A stretch of 63,674 bases of DNA, the filler included, from Octopus bimaculoides (Eukaryota): NCBI RefSeq assembly GCF_001194135.2. It is 6 parts of 5 records of this genome, joined end to end, with 100 filler letters (N's around TTAATTAATTAA, not from the genome) between each part and the next. Parts side by side here need not be neighbours in the genome. Positions count along the whole stretch, not along the records: positions 26,654 to 37,236 come from NC_068988.1; positions 37,337 to 41,556 come from NC_068987.1; 4 more parts are not named here. One strand, written 5' to 3'. The translations under genes and the position numbers were made by a program. The notes under the pieces were generated by a model. It saw only the letters and a program-made list of their open reading frames with translations, was not told the origin of the DNA and made no database searches. Shown one piece after another: positions 27,977 through 39,153 of this stretch. The first letter of the stretch is position 1. Each line of letters starts with the position of its first letter.

Positions 27977-28045
27977 CTTTGCAATAACTTCCTGTTTTAT
28001 GTCCTGAAATTGCATAAAATGAATACTTTGTGTAATACTGTGAAC
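27977..28045 (-). CDS. GRL paralog A, antepenultimate exon
   Basis: Acceptor ttttctatttcacatctag and donor AAG|gtaagc. The 69-nt phase 0-0 exon reads VHSITQSIHFMQFQDIKQEVIAK. Confidence 0.75.
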
Positions 28046-28091
28046 CTAGATGTGAAATAGAAAATGATAATAATAATAATAATAATAATAA

Positions 28092-28545
28092 TGAAAGGTC
28101 ACAGAAAACAAGAAAGCAACCATACTCTGGGATATGCTAATACACACAGATAGAGAAATTAAGGCCAAATAGGCCAGATATAGTTGTCAGAGATCGTAAA
28201 GAAAAAAAATGCTTTCTAATTGATGTATCAATACCAGCAGATGACAACGTTTCCCTAAAAGAAATGGAGAAACTTTCAAAATACAAAGACCTGGAAATAG
28301 AGGTAACTCGAATGTGGAATCTAAAAACAGAAACAATTCCTATCATAGTAGGTGCCTTAGGTATAATAAGAAAATATTCAGACAAATACATAACAAAAAC
28401 ACCAGGACTTACAAATATATATAACATACAGAAAATTGCACTACTGGGTACTGCACACATTCTACACAAAACACTTTCAATACAGTAAACATAAGAGCAT
28501 CACAGCGCTCGGTAGTGAAGTGAAAGCACTGAATAATAATAATAA
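28092..28545 (+). mobile_element. R4/Dong-like 3' fragment (RLE family 1)
   Basis: TILWDMLIHTDREIKA/RPDIVVRDRKEKKCFLIDVSIPADDNVSLKEMEKLSKYKDL..., with a +1 frameshift near 28173. Flanked on both sides by (AAT)n. Confidence 0.9.
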
Positions 28546-28550
28546 AACTA

Positions 28551-28642
<92 letters not shown>

Positions 28643-28685
28643 CAACAACAACAACAACAATAATAATGATGATGATGATGATAAT

Positions 28686-28957
28686 ACCTCGGGTATGTGC
28701 TGTGGCTTGTTGTGACGCTCTTATTTGTTCTGTACTGAATGTTTTACATAGGATGTGTGCTGTGCCTACTAGTGCTATTTTCCGTATTAAATATACACTT
28801 GTTAGTCCTGGTACTTTTGTTATGTATCCATCTGAATATTTTTTTATCATATCTATTGCGCCTACTACGATAGGAATTGTTTCTATTTTTAGACTCCACA
28901 TTCGAGTTAGCTCTATTTCCAGATACATCGATTAGAAGCATTTTTGACGTCTTCTTC

Positions 28958-28960
<3 letters not shown>
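28686..28960 (-). mobile_element. R4/Dong-like 3' fragment, internally deleted, tail-to-tail with the previous copy
   Basis: LEIELTRMWSLKIETIPIVVGAIDMIKKYSD on the minus strand. The IPADD...KD segment is missing. Confidence 0.85.
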
Positions 28961-29017
<57 letters not shown>

Positions 29018-29699
29018 GGAAGGGGTGTGAAAATTGCCAAAATTGCGAGAGTAGCCGGTATCACTCTATCTGTAGACCTGTGAGTCGTAGAGAAAGAACT
29101 GGAGCGGGCACTTGCTCCTGGGGTGTCAGGGAAATCTAGAACAGTGGGGTTCGTCAATTATCCCTAGAGACCTTCCTGTATCAGGAGGGCCACGTCTGTA
29201 TCATCCCCCACGTCAATTTTTTTTTTAACCTTTGTATGCATATCTCTCTTCACACTCAGTGTATACAGTGTATACTTATTTGTTTTTATCATTTTTTCTT
29301 TTATAATTCCATCTTTCACCAAATGTCTACTAGAAAAAGATGGATCAGTAAAAGTGTGGCAACACATATGTCAGTGCCACAGCATTGACATATTTTACGA
29401 TTTGGCGCAAGTAAAAGATAAAANNNNNNNNNNNNNNNNNNNNNNNNNNNNNNNNNNNNNNNNNNNNNNNNNNNNNNNNNNNNNNNNNNNNNNNNNNNNN
29501 NNNNNNNNNNNNNNNNNNNNNNNATATATAATTAAAACAGTGGGGTAAAAAATTAGATATTTATTAATAGCACATTAACAGTCCACCTAGTAGTCTCCTT
29601 TATATATACATGTGTGTGTGTGTATGTGTGTGTGTGTGTGTGGCGTTAGCGACAGTGATGTAGAAGTCATTTTGCACGCCAGGAAAACAGTGTTGTTCA

Positions 29700-31103
29700 A
29701 TAGAAGTTCGACTTGGCTTAAGCAATCCAAACCCATGGTCTCCTTTGATGTAGCAATGGAGGTCTAGGACAGCGCTGATCTATGCGATCTCACCGTGTTG
29801 TATATTCTTAATACCAGTAAGAAAAAGTTCCCCTCTTTCCTTTCTGTTCTCTACGGAGATGACACCCTGGCCATCTCTAGGGGAGCTAACGGTCACACAC
29901 TAGACAATCTTAGGAAAGATCTAATTAGCACACTTGCCTCCATGGGATTAAAAATCTCCATCGGGACCAACCTCACCACCGCGAACTTCTTAGACATCAC
30001 GCTCAACATGGGCTTCGGCACATACAGGCCCTACTGCAAGCCTAATGAGAAGCTAAAGTACATTAATACAGCCTCGTGTCACCCACCCACCGTGTTCAAA
30101 AACCTGGTGAAGTATGTTAGTATGAGAATCAGGGAGCGCATCGCCTACATGCCGGGCCCCAACAACCGCAGAAGGAATCGCCACAGAAATATCATTTGGT
30201 TTGCGCCATCTATGAAGTCGAGATACTGGCCGACCCTAGCAACAGCAGCAACATCAGCAGATCCCCTAACGGTGACCACAGAAGCAGGAAGCGCGAATAG
30301 AACTAACAGCACCATGGCCAGAGACAACAACATCAACGACAGCAGCAACTTCCTTAAGGGATACATCTACGGCAGCAGGCCCGACATTGCCCGACAGCAA
30401 CAGCTTCCTTAACGGATGCATCTGCAGCAGCGGGCCCTACAGTGCCTATAGCAAAAGCAGCAGTACTATCGCCAGCAATAACACCAATAGCAGGGACAAC
30501 AGCAACGTCAGTATCCCTAACGGAAATAGCAGCAGAGATATCGCCAATGACATCTAGAGCAGCGATGACAGCATGTCCACCAATGATGATAGCAATAATA
30601 ACAACAACGGCACCTTCGCCAACACCGGCAGTGACGGCACCAACACCATCGCCACCTTCAATGACGCCAACACCAAAAATGCCAGAACCAACACCACCAA
30701 AACCAGCGACGCCAACACCTGACCACGGAGGTACATCAGCTGTTCCGGGAATTCGTTCAAATAACGCATCTCCAATCACATATACTCATTCAGGATACCA
30801 GAATGGAGATTTGTCAAGTCATTAACCAGCCACGTATGGCAGCTAGTAGACGACGGGATTCCGCACACGATATCATGGAGAATCCTAGAGAATTTAGGCC
30901 TGTACATTAACGGGACCAAACGCTGTAAATTATGCATAGCGGAACAGGCGATGATCCTCGACCAAGGGAAAATCTCGTAGCCTATTGGAAGCCATGCAAT
31001 AGCAAGGCCACTGGTGATCGATAGTCAAAGGGAGACATTCGCTTTTGTTGACATTCAGTAACGAACTCATTTCCTCCAGCATATTCTAAAGAGGCAACGA
31101 GTT
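29700..31103 (+). mobile_element. Penelope-like element: RT and GIY-YIG remnants with a low-complexity insert
   Basis: RT core/thumb VLYGDDTLAI...NFLDITLNM...YRPYCKPNEKLKYINTASCHPP. Endonuclease tail SHVWQLVDDGIPHTISWRIL...GTKRCKLCIAE at about 30830-30960. Confidence 0.85.
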
Positions 31104-31260
31104 TTGTCATCTGCTGGTATTGATACATCAATTAGAAAGCATTTTTTCTTTCTTCGTGATCTCTGACAACTATATCTGGCCTATTGGCCTTAATTTCTCT
31201 ATCTGTGTGTATTGATTGGCATATCCCAGAGTGTGGTTGCTTTCTCGTTTTATGTGACCT
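31104..31260 (-). mobile_element. R4/Dong-like fragment, duplicated counterpart of 28092-28247
   Basis: Reverse complement of the 5' part of the 28092 copy, truncated where the Penelope-like element ends. Confidence 0.85.
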
Positions 31261-31264
31261 TTTA

Positions 31265-31335
<71 letters not shown>

Positions 31336-31352
31336 TTCTATTTCACATCTAG

Positions 31353-31421
31353 GTTCACAGTATTACACAAAGCATTCATTTTATGCAATTTCAGGACATA
31401 AAACAGGAAGTCATTGCAAAG
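31353..31421 (+). CDS. GRL paralog B, antepenultimate exon
   Basis: Acceptor ttttctatttcacatctag and donor AAG|gtaagc. Reads VHSITQSIHFMQFQDIKQEVIAK, with two differences from paralog A, both synonymous. Confidence 0.75.
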
Positions 31422-31825
31422 GTAAGCAAACTTTATGATCTCGTCGTCTTACTTTTAAAATATATTTTTAATATTTCTCTTTAAAAGAAGGCTGTTTCTA
31501 CGCAGGGCAAAATGTTTAGCACGATTTCATGTCTTTATTTGAATTCACAGACCACCCGCAATGTCTTTGCCTTTTATCTTTTTGGGGTAGATAAAATAAT
31601 TACCATTCAATCAATAGTGTCGGTTTAATGGACGAAACACCCGAACCTTGCGCCAATATTTCTTCTAATTTCCCTTTTAAAATATAAGAATAAATGGCTT
31701 CATACATGATTGCACACACATATGTAGTTATATGAAATATATATATGCATATATATGTGTGTGTATCTCTCTCTCTCTCTTACTCTCTCTCTCTCTCCCT
31801 CTCTCTCTCTCTCTCNNNNNNNNNN

Positions 31826-31870
<45 letters not shown>

Positions 31871-32563
31871 CTCTTATGAGTGGTTATTTTCCCCGTCACT
31901 GTATATACATATGTGAGCTTATGCAGCTTCAAGAGATTTAACTTTATTTCTGTCCACGTACAATTCAGCACTCTCAGACACAATTATTAACGATTAAACG
32001 TTTCTTTCGTGGTTTCATAATGCGCGTAGCAGGTTTTATCAAATTTTAGTAAACACATTAGAATTTCACTAAATCAGCCATAAATTGATATCCTATAAAA
32101 GTCTATAAGCCATATGAATATATATCTTATAAAATTATTTCACGGTGCATTATATAAAAATTAGAAAGATAATTCTTGATGAAAATGACATAACCGTTCA
32201 TTGCTAACATTAATATAGGTATTTATTTCCATAAAATCTCGTCCTCTGAGTAATTTTCTAATCTGATGGTTTTTTGTTGAATCAACGAATGCAAACGTCG
32301 TGTGATCGCTTTGATGTATGACGAGATACTTTTCATGTAAGTCTCTTTTTAAAGCCCATGATAGCTGGGTAATACAAAGACTAATAGACGGAAAGCGATA
32401 TCTATTGCTTCGAGAAACAAAACATTGAGTCGGGATTTGTGAATTATTGATAGCATAATGTTGACTGAATAAAAACTAGTGTTTAATCCATATTCCCGCG
32501 TAGTATTCGCAAATTATTTGCGCATCAACGCAAGTTACCATCGTTGAAATTATTCAAAAAATG

Positions 32564-33148
32564 GGATCTTTTTTACAACGGGGGCCACATTTTTCATTAA
32601 CGAAACACTTTGAAACTTTGAACACTGGTAGAATGTGTCATATAAAACATCTTTTTCTCTTAGTCTTCTTTAATAAAAAAAAGAAATCCATAAGTTATTC
32701 CATGTTAAAGTTGTATTTCTGTAATTTCAACCAATCACTGACGTCCATTCAGCCGATATACATTAAGTGCCGACTACATAAACAAACGATTCTGAAACAA
32801 TTAACCCTAACCCTAACCCTAACCCTAACCCTACGGTTAGGGTTAGGGTTAAGGTTAAAGCAAATTTAAAATGAAAAAAGCAAATAAAACGAAGGTATGG
32901 AGATTAAATACGCTTTACACCGCTTAATCAGCCAAAGGAGTAAATGTAAACAACTGAATACTTGTCAGTGATTGGTTGAAATTATCGAAATAAGACAATT
33001 TTTTACATGAAATAAATTCGAATACAAAAATATTTTTCTGTTCTATAACACAAAATAGATAAGTATACGAAGTTTGAAAGTCTTTCCGTACCAAAAACAC
33101 TACGTAAAACATTAATGAAAAATGTGGCCCCCGTTTTAAAATAGATCC
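32564..33148. mobile_element. Foldback MITE with GGATCT termini and 8-bp TSD, copy 2, in a GRL intron
   Basis: TIR GGATCT(T/A)TTTTA(C/A)AACGGGGGCCACATTTTTCATTAA. AAAAAATG is duplicated at 32556-32563 and 33149-33156. The empty site is visible at about 27015-27022. Confidence 0.92.
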
Positions 33149-33240
33149 AAAAAATGTGCATTCTGTGCAGCCACAGACAAGGTAAACGTTTCTATTTACA
33201 CAATCCCCGTTCATGTTGTCTCTCTTTTTCTGTATTACAG

Positions 33241-33330
33241 ATACTAGTTTTCCTAAATCGACTAACGACTGAATCGCATGGAATCGATGTTGGTGGCTGT
33301 TTCGTAATAACTCCCTCGTCAACACTTACG
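33241..33330 (+). CDS. GRL paralog B, penultimate exon
   Basis: Same splice sites and peptide as 26842-26931, with three differences, all synonymous. Confidence 0.82.
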
Positions 33331-33563
33331 GTAATTTATCACAGCGTTTAATATTTTACAACACTTCATGTTATATATCACTCGTTTTTTTCTTTATAAT
33401 GATTTGGTGGTAAAGATTTTTCTGGCTTTTGTAAAAAAAAAATTGTACATGATTACAGTTCATAAAATGTATTTTATCAAAATATAATAACCCTCTTTCT
33501 AAATCATTCTATGAATTCATTGAAAATAACAGCTATTTATTTTTTCTCTTTTCTTCTTTTCAG

Positions 33564-33620
33564 ATGATAGGAAGTTTTATTACTTACATACTGGTTGTGA
33601 TCCAGACAAAATCTTTATAG
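33564..33620 (+). CDS. GRL paralog B, terminal exon with the TM7 signature
   Basis: Strong acceptor tttttctcttttcttcttttcag. Phase 0, reads MIGSFITYILVVIQTKSL-stop and contains TYhhhhhQ. Confidence 0.82.
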   Translation: MIGSFITYILVVIQTKSL

Positions 33621-33629
33621 CTGCCCTCT

Positions 33630-34270
33630 CTTCCTTATTATACATTTCCAATGGTAAATTAAATACGAAGCTCAACTTAACAACATTACCTCACCAATAC
33701 ATGAATTCGGACCACGTCCCTACAAACCTTTCTGAAGCAAGATTCTGGAAAAGATAGAAAATAGCGTGATACTGTATCGAGTTCCAGCCTCTCGTACCAG
33801 CGTTAGGTTGATTATGTAATCTTTGTTATCAGACACACATGCTGCTATTGATTTTCAACTAATTTACTTACAACTGACCATCATCTTTTGTCGAAAAGAA
33901 TATTTTTCACTTTGATTTTTCTCAATATATATTGTATTTTCCTTCCCACTCATCTGGGCAACATGTTTTTCGTTTCTCTCATTTTCAACAATATATAAGA
34001 CCGATACATCACTGGATGTATATTATAAATGTTCAACCTTACATTACGTAGTTTCATTTTTGGCTATATTTTCTTGAAATAAAATATCATGATGAATCTA
34101 GTTACTGAATTCACTTATTCATTTTACTTAATTAAAAGCCTGTACATCAGGGTAAAGAAAATTATGTCAATATAAAGCTATTTTATTTCAGGAATTACTC
34201 ATGTGTCTTATTGGATGGAATTGATATGTTTTTGAAGAAGAGCTTTGCTCGAAACGTAAAACACCCTTTC
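33630..34270 (+). mobile_element. Degenerate Penelope-like remnant ending in a hammerhead-like motif
   Basis: LYISNGKLNTKL...HQYMN resembles a PLE RT thumb. 34227-34263 reads UGUUU-UUGAAGA-A-GAGC-UUU-GCUC-GAAAC-GUA-AAACA (first core C mutated). Confidence 0.5.
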
Positions 34271-35149
34271 TTTCCTTCTCTGGTAAAAATATCCTGCTCT
34301 CAGTATTTGCACACCTTTGAAACTGCTAGCATCCATTTTCCCTCAATATGGAGCTTTGCATAACCATTCGCTCCTTCCTTTCACCGTGCTTTACTACCTA
34401 ACCATCCTTTCTGATCATGGATTTACTTAAAGACCCGATCAAACTGGATTTAATTGAACTCTCCCGCCCTCTTGGACATAATGAACCACAACAAATATTG
34501 ATGAGGAACTATCTTCCGCTGTCTAGCCTATATATCTCCGAGGACGGAATACCCAACTTACAGAGTCTTCGCTTGATATGATGCTCCAGTAGCTGGAATA
34601 TCTCAGAAACAGCTGTCAGAGGCTAATTTTACTATTTTTTTTTACTATTAGATATGTTGCTAACTTTAGATTGAATTGAATGAAATAAAATGTCCTTGTA
34701 ATGCCTTGCCTACTTTTTTGCCTTTCCTCACGATTTTCACCTGCACTTAATGGCTCAAAGATAAACGACCTTTAGACGTTTTGAACAAGATAATCACATG
34801 ACCACAACGTCAGCTGCTATTCTAGCTGACATTTTGGTGACACACCAATCTAAGCAATAGTTTAAGGAAGACGCCAAATTCCCCTGTGTTGACTTCACGG
34901 GGCTCTACGTCCCTCTCACACATAATCTCAATGCATTTTTCCACAGCAAAATCTATGTCTATAGATGGGTATCTATATATATGAATGTAATTTCACTCTT
35001 CCCATCTATTGACATAGATGTTGCCTCCTTAAACTAAGCTATGACAGTAACTATCTAGACAACCATGATCTTAGTAGATTCTGCTCCACCAGGTCACAGA
35101 GGAGAAGGCCACCAACCATCACCTCAGCAGTGAAGAAAAGCACTGCAGA

Positions 35150-35850
35150 ACGCTGGAGTGGCTGGACAATACACACCTAAGACCCTGACAACAAAAATCA
35201 GGTGAAAAGAATGATTGGATATGCAATAGGCGCTAGCATGAGAACCACATTGAAGAACCACATAGTAAAGTTTAACAGGAAATTATACATGCGGGTTCAA
35301 GGTGCAGCCATTGGTGTCGGTGTAGCTGGAGATGTGGCCAACCTTTTCATGACCAGGTGGGACAGAAAACTCAAACAATTCTTGCAGAACAGTCCACAAC
35401 TCTTTTACTTTATTGTAGGTAAGTAGAAGACATTTATATTCTAGTTGAGATCATTTCGAGAAACGGTGATGCAGAAACCGAGTGGAAGGTAATGGAGAGC
35501 ATCCAGTATGTAGCTAACATCATCGACCAAAGTATCAAGGTAACTATAGATTACCGCACTTGGCAACCTAACAATAGACACCCTGTCCTTGATACTGAAC
35601 TTTGATTAGAGACTGTGAACAACAGAATACAGCTCCTCCACTCTTATTACATGAAACCCATAGCTTCAAAATGCATTGTTCACAAAAACGCAGCTTTGAC
35701 ACTACATGAAAATCAACATACCTACAGCAGACTTAATATAATGAACAACATGTCCCCACTATGCAAACCCTATCAATCGAAGAGACACTTACAGAAATTC
35801 ATGCACCGCATGCAATTCTCTCGATATGATCAGAAAGACACGCACACATA
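35150..35850 (+). mobile_element. Penelope-like reverse transcriptase remnant
   Basis: TLKNHIVKFNRKLYMRVQGAAIGVGVAGDVANLFMTRWD...PVLDTEL...LLHSYYMKPIASKCIVHKNAA, broken by stops and frameshifts. Confidence 0.8.
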
Positions 35851-35945
35851 CACTTTTAATCTTTTACTTGTTACAATCATGCAGTTGTGGTCATGCTGGA
35901 GCACCACCATGGTTTTCTGATTTCCTCAGTCTGGAGTGTTTCACA

Positions 35946-36600
35946 TCACCACTTGTGTGTGTACCTATTTCCCAGATGTTGGTCCATTTGGTTTATGAGG
36001 GCGTTTGATTCCGCTGCCCTCGTCTGCACCTCATGTTGGGCTGTTGGTTCATCCAGTATTGTGGAGAGGAGGATGTCCAGTTCCTTTTTGAAGACATCTA
36101 CTTCCACCTTATGCTGATTTCTTAATTTTTGTGGCAGAGCATTGAAGAGATGTGGGGCTTCAAACCCTTGACTATTGCAGTACCTGGTCCTGAATTTAGA
36201 TGGAGTGGATGGTACCTTTGGTACAATACAATGACGGCCAGTTCTGGCATTTGAATAACACTCAATGCCGAAGTTGGGTAGAAACCCTTCTACGATTTTC
36301 CACATGTATATTACTGCATATCTCTTACACCTTCGCTCCAGGGAGTAAATTAATAGTTTTCTCAGCTTGTCCATGTAGCTTATCCGTTGCACTGTTCCAA
36401 TCCTTTTTAGTGTAGTGGCATTGGACTGCCTCAAGCTCCGCTGTTAGTTTGGCACTATGTGGTGACCATGACTGGGGGCAGAAGTCCAGGTGGGTGACAA
36501 CAAAGGTTCTCCACAGGGTCAACATAGTTTCTTAGTCTCTTGTCTTGAAGGACCTCCGTATCCATCCTGATAGTGGACTGCACTTTGCTGCCACCTTGCT
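35946..36600 (-). mobile_element. CR1/L2-like LINE ORF2 3' end
   Basis: LTLWRTFVVTHLDFCPQSWSP...SYMDKLRKLLIYSLERRCKRYAVIYMWKIVEG...HLFNALPQKLR...FKKELD. Confidence 0.85.
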
Positions 36601-36726
36601 AATGTGCTTATAAAATATTGCGTCATTACACATATTGATATCTAATATATACATCTAAGTGGAATCAATTAACATGCAAAATGCGAGTTATCTACAATAC
36701 GTCAGTAGCTGAATAGCTCTAGCATG

Positions 36727-36774
<48 letters not shown>

Positions 36775-37236
36775 ACTATCTCTATCTGTCTGTCTTTCTA
36801 TCTATCTATCTACATTTCTACAATGACAATATTGGTCAAGGTTACCGTGATCTTTTCCGTAGGCTTTTCTTTCCACGGCTAAACCTAAACTGTCCCCGCT
36901 TTTTACACGAGAACATTGCCGTGGTACACGATCCCTATTGATCGTTTTCTTTTTTTCTTTCTCGATCCCTTTTAACCGAACTCTCTGTCTATCTAGCTAT
37001 CTATCTATCTATCTATCTATCTATCTCTATGGACGGACGGTAGACGTGTCGGCTCCGTAAGTTTTGCCTTTTTCATGTTTTAAAAAGTTTGTTTGTAAAG
37101 TTTATTTTATATACAAAGTTGTATAACAACTTGTATACTATCTGGTGCAAGTTTTTTGCGACAGAAATCTGCCCTGTGTGGCACATTTCCAGGATATAAA
37201 AACCAATTTCGGCTTTCTAGCCATTTTTTTTTTTTT

Positions 37237-37336
37237 NNNNNNNNNNNNNNNNNNNNNNNNNNNNNNNNNNNNNNNNNNNNTTAATTAATTAANNNNNNNN
37301 NNNNNNNNNNNNNNNNNNNNNNNNNNNNNNNNNNNN
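37237..37336. other. Artificial scaffold-join spacer
   Basis: N44-TTAATTAATTAA-N44. Confidence 0.95.
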
Positions 37337-37743
37337 ATAATTTTTACCAAGCCCTTCGGTATGTAAGCACCATTATTGGTGGGGAACTTATTTAAAAGTT
37401 CATATATATTTATAAACATAATTAAGGGATCAGCAAACATTTGCTTCACCATATACCGAAGTTCAGAAATAGCAGCTAAAAAAGCTGAGACTCCAACAGA
37501 TAGCATTACTTGTAACTCACAAAGGCAAAAACAAGAAGAAAAAAACAATGAAAACTAACCATTACGAAGTTAATCGTAGACGCGTTTCTGGATTATGAGT
37601 GATAAATACTCAATTTCCTTCATCAATACGATATTCCAGTAGTAAATTCGACCATGCTAGCAAACTGTGCATGCATGAACGAGTGAACATTATGTATGTA
37701 TGTATATGAAATATATATGCGTTTTTGTTTATTGTATTGTTAG

Positions 37744-37882
37744 GTCGTGACGACAAAGTATCCCATTGCATTATCTATTACCGTCTCAATGACGTTATGA
37801 GGCAGAGTACCATGGTCTTCACGGAACAAACAGGAATTGAGAATTTATACGCATTAATGGATTATTGCTCAGATGTTAGTCG
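37744..37882 (+). CDS. RECQL: RecQ1 helicase exon: end of helicase motif VI and start of RQC
   Basis: tag|...|gtaagt. Reads (G)RDDKVSHCIIYYRLNDVMRQSTMVFTEQTGIENLYALMDYCSDVS(R), compared with human [47 protein letters not shown] from memory. Confidence 0.93.
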
Positions 37883-38014
37883 GTAAGTCTATGACAAAAT
37901 GGTAATCCATGCTTGTCATTGTTTTATTGTTCAGCTCCAGGTCAGCATTAGATTAATCATTTGAATATTAACAATGTATTCCCATCTTTGAGGTTATTAA
38001 ATATTTCTTTACGA

Positions 38015-38175
38015 AGGTGTTGGTGTGGCTCTGTGGGTAAGAAGCTTGCTTCCCAACCACGTAGTCTTGGGTTCAGTCCCACTGTGTAGCACCTTGGACA
38101 AGTGTCTTCTATTATAGCCCCAGGCTAATCAAAGCCTTGTGAGTGAATTGATAGACAGAAACTGAAAGAAGCCTC
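38015..38175 (+). mobile_element. tRNA-derived SINE, family A
   Basis: A-box-like TGGCTCTGTGGGTAAG and B-box-like GGGTTCAGTCC. Confidence 0.75.
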
Positions 38176-38178
38176 TTG

Positions 38179-38241
<63 letters not shown>

Positions 38242-38716
38242 NNNNNNNNNNNNNNNNNNNNNNNNNNNNNNNNNNNNNNNNNNNNNNNNNNNNNNNNNNN
38301 NNNNNNNNNNNNNNNNNNNNNNNNNNNNNNNNNNNNNNNNNNNNNNNNNNNNNNNNNNNNNNNNNNNNNNNNNNNNNNNNNNNNNNNNNNNNNNNNNNNN
38401 NNNNNNNNNNNNNNNNNNNNNNNNNNNNNNNNNNNNNNNNNNNNNNNNNNNNNNNNNNNNNNNNNNNNNNNNNNNNNNNNNNNNNNNNNNNNNNNNNNNN
38501 NNNNNNNNNNNNNNNNNNNNNNNNNNNNNNNNNNNNNNNNNNNNNNNNNNNNNNNNNNNNNNNNNNNNNNNNNNNNNNNNNNNNNNNNNNNNNNNNNNNN
38601 NNNNNNNNNNNNNNNNNNNNNNNNNNNNNNNNNNNNNNNNNNNNNNNNNNNNNNNNNNNNNNNNNNNNNNNNNNNNNNNNNNNNNNNNNNNNNNNNNNNN
38701 NNNNNNNNNNNNNNNN

Positions 38717-38757
<41 letters not shown>

Positions 38758-38769
38758 AGATAGAGAGAT

Positions 38770-39095
38770 ACATATGCACATACATAAAGGGTAAAGACTC
38801 CCTTTAGTCATGAATGACCACAAGATTGCTCCTAGAAAGTTCCCCTCCAAGACACATGTCTGGACAAAGTTGTTTACGGAAGGCCAGCAGTCGCCCATGC
38901 ATTCCAGCCTCCCATCTCCATGCCACCGATGTTATCCAAGGGGAAAGCAAAGGCTGATATAACTTAACACCAGTGATGTAGCATCTCATTTCTACAGCTG
39001 AGCGAACTGGAGCAATGTGAAATGAAGTGTCTTGCTCAAGCACACAGCCCAGTCTGAGAAACGAACTCACTATTTCATGATTGTGAGCCCAACAC
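38770..39095 (-). mobile_element. SINE related to family B in its central domain
   Basis: Shares ACTGGAGCAATGTGAAATGAAGTGTCTTGCTCAAG with 42806-42840. Confidence 0.55.
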
Positions 39096-39153
39096 TTATA
39101 TGATAGTTTACTGTCTATGTTTTTGTAAAATTTCTGGCGTTTTCCTCTCCTAG

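Noticed and set aside
31395-31421. 27-nt micro-exon using the internal CAG acceptor
   Set aside because: The upstream acceptor at 31352 has a better pyrimidine tract and extends the same frame, with a synonymous difference in the extension. It remains a possible alternative acceptor.
32802-32858. Telomere fusion or chromosome-end relic
   Set aside because: The repeats lie inside a TIR- and TSD-bounded MITE and in the wrong order for a fusion.
33564-33653. Alternative phase-1 reading DDRKFYYLHTGCDPDK... of the 33564 exon
   Set aside because: The phase-0 reading gives the TYhhhhhQ motif and joins the upstream exon in frame.
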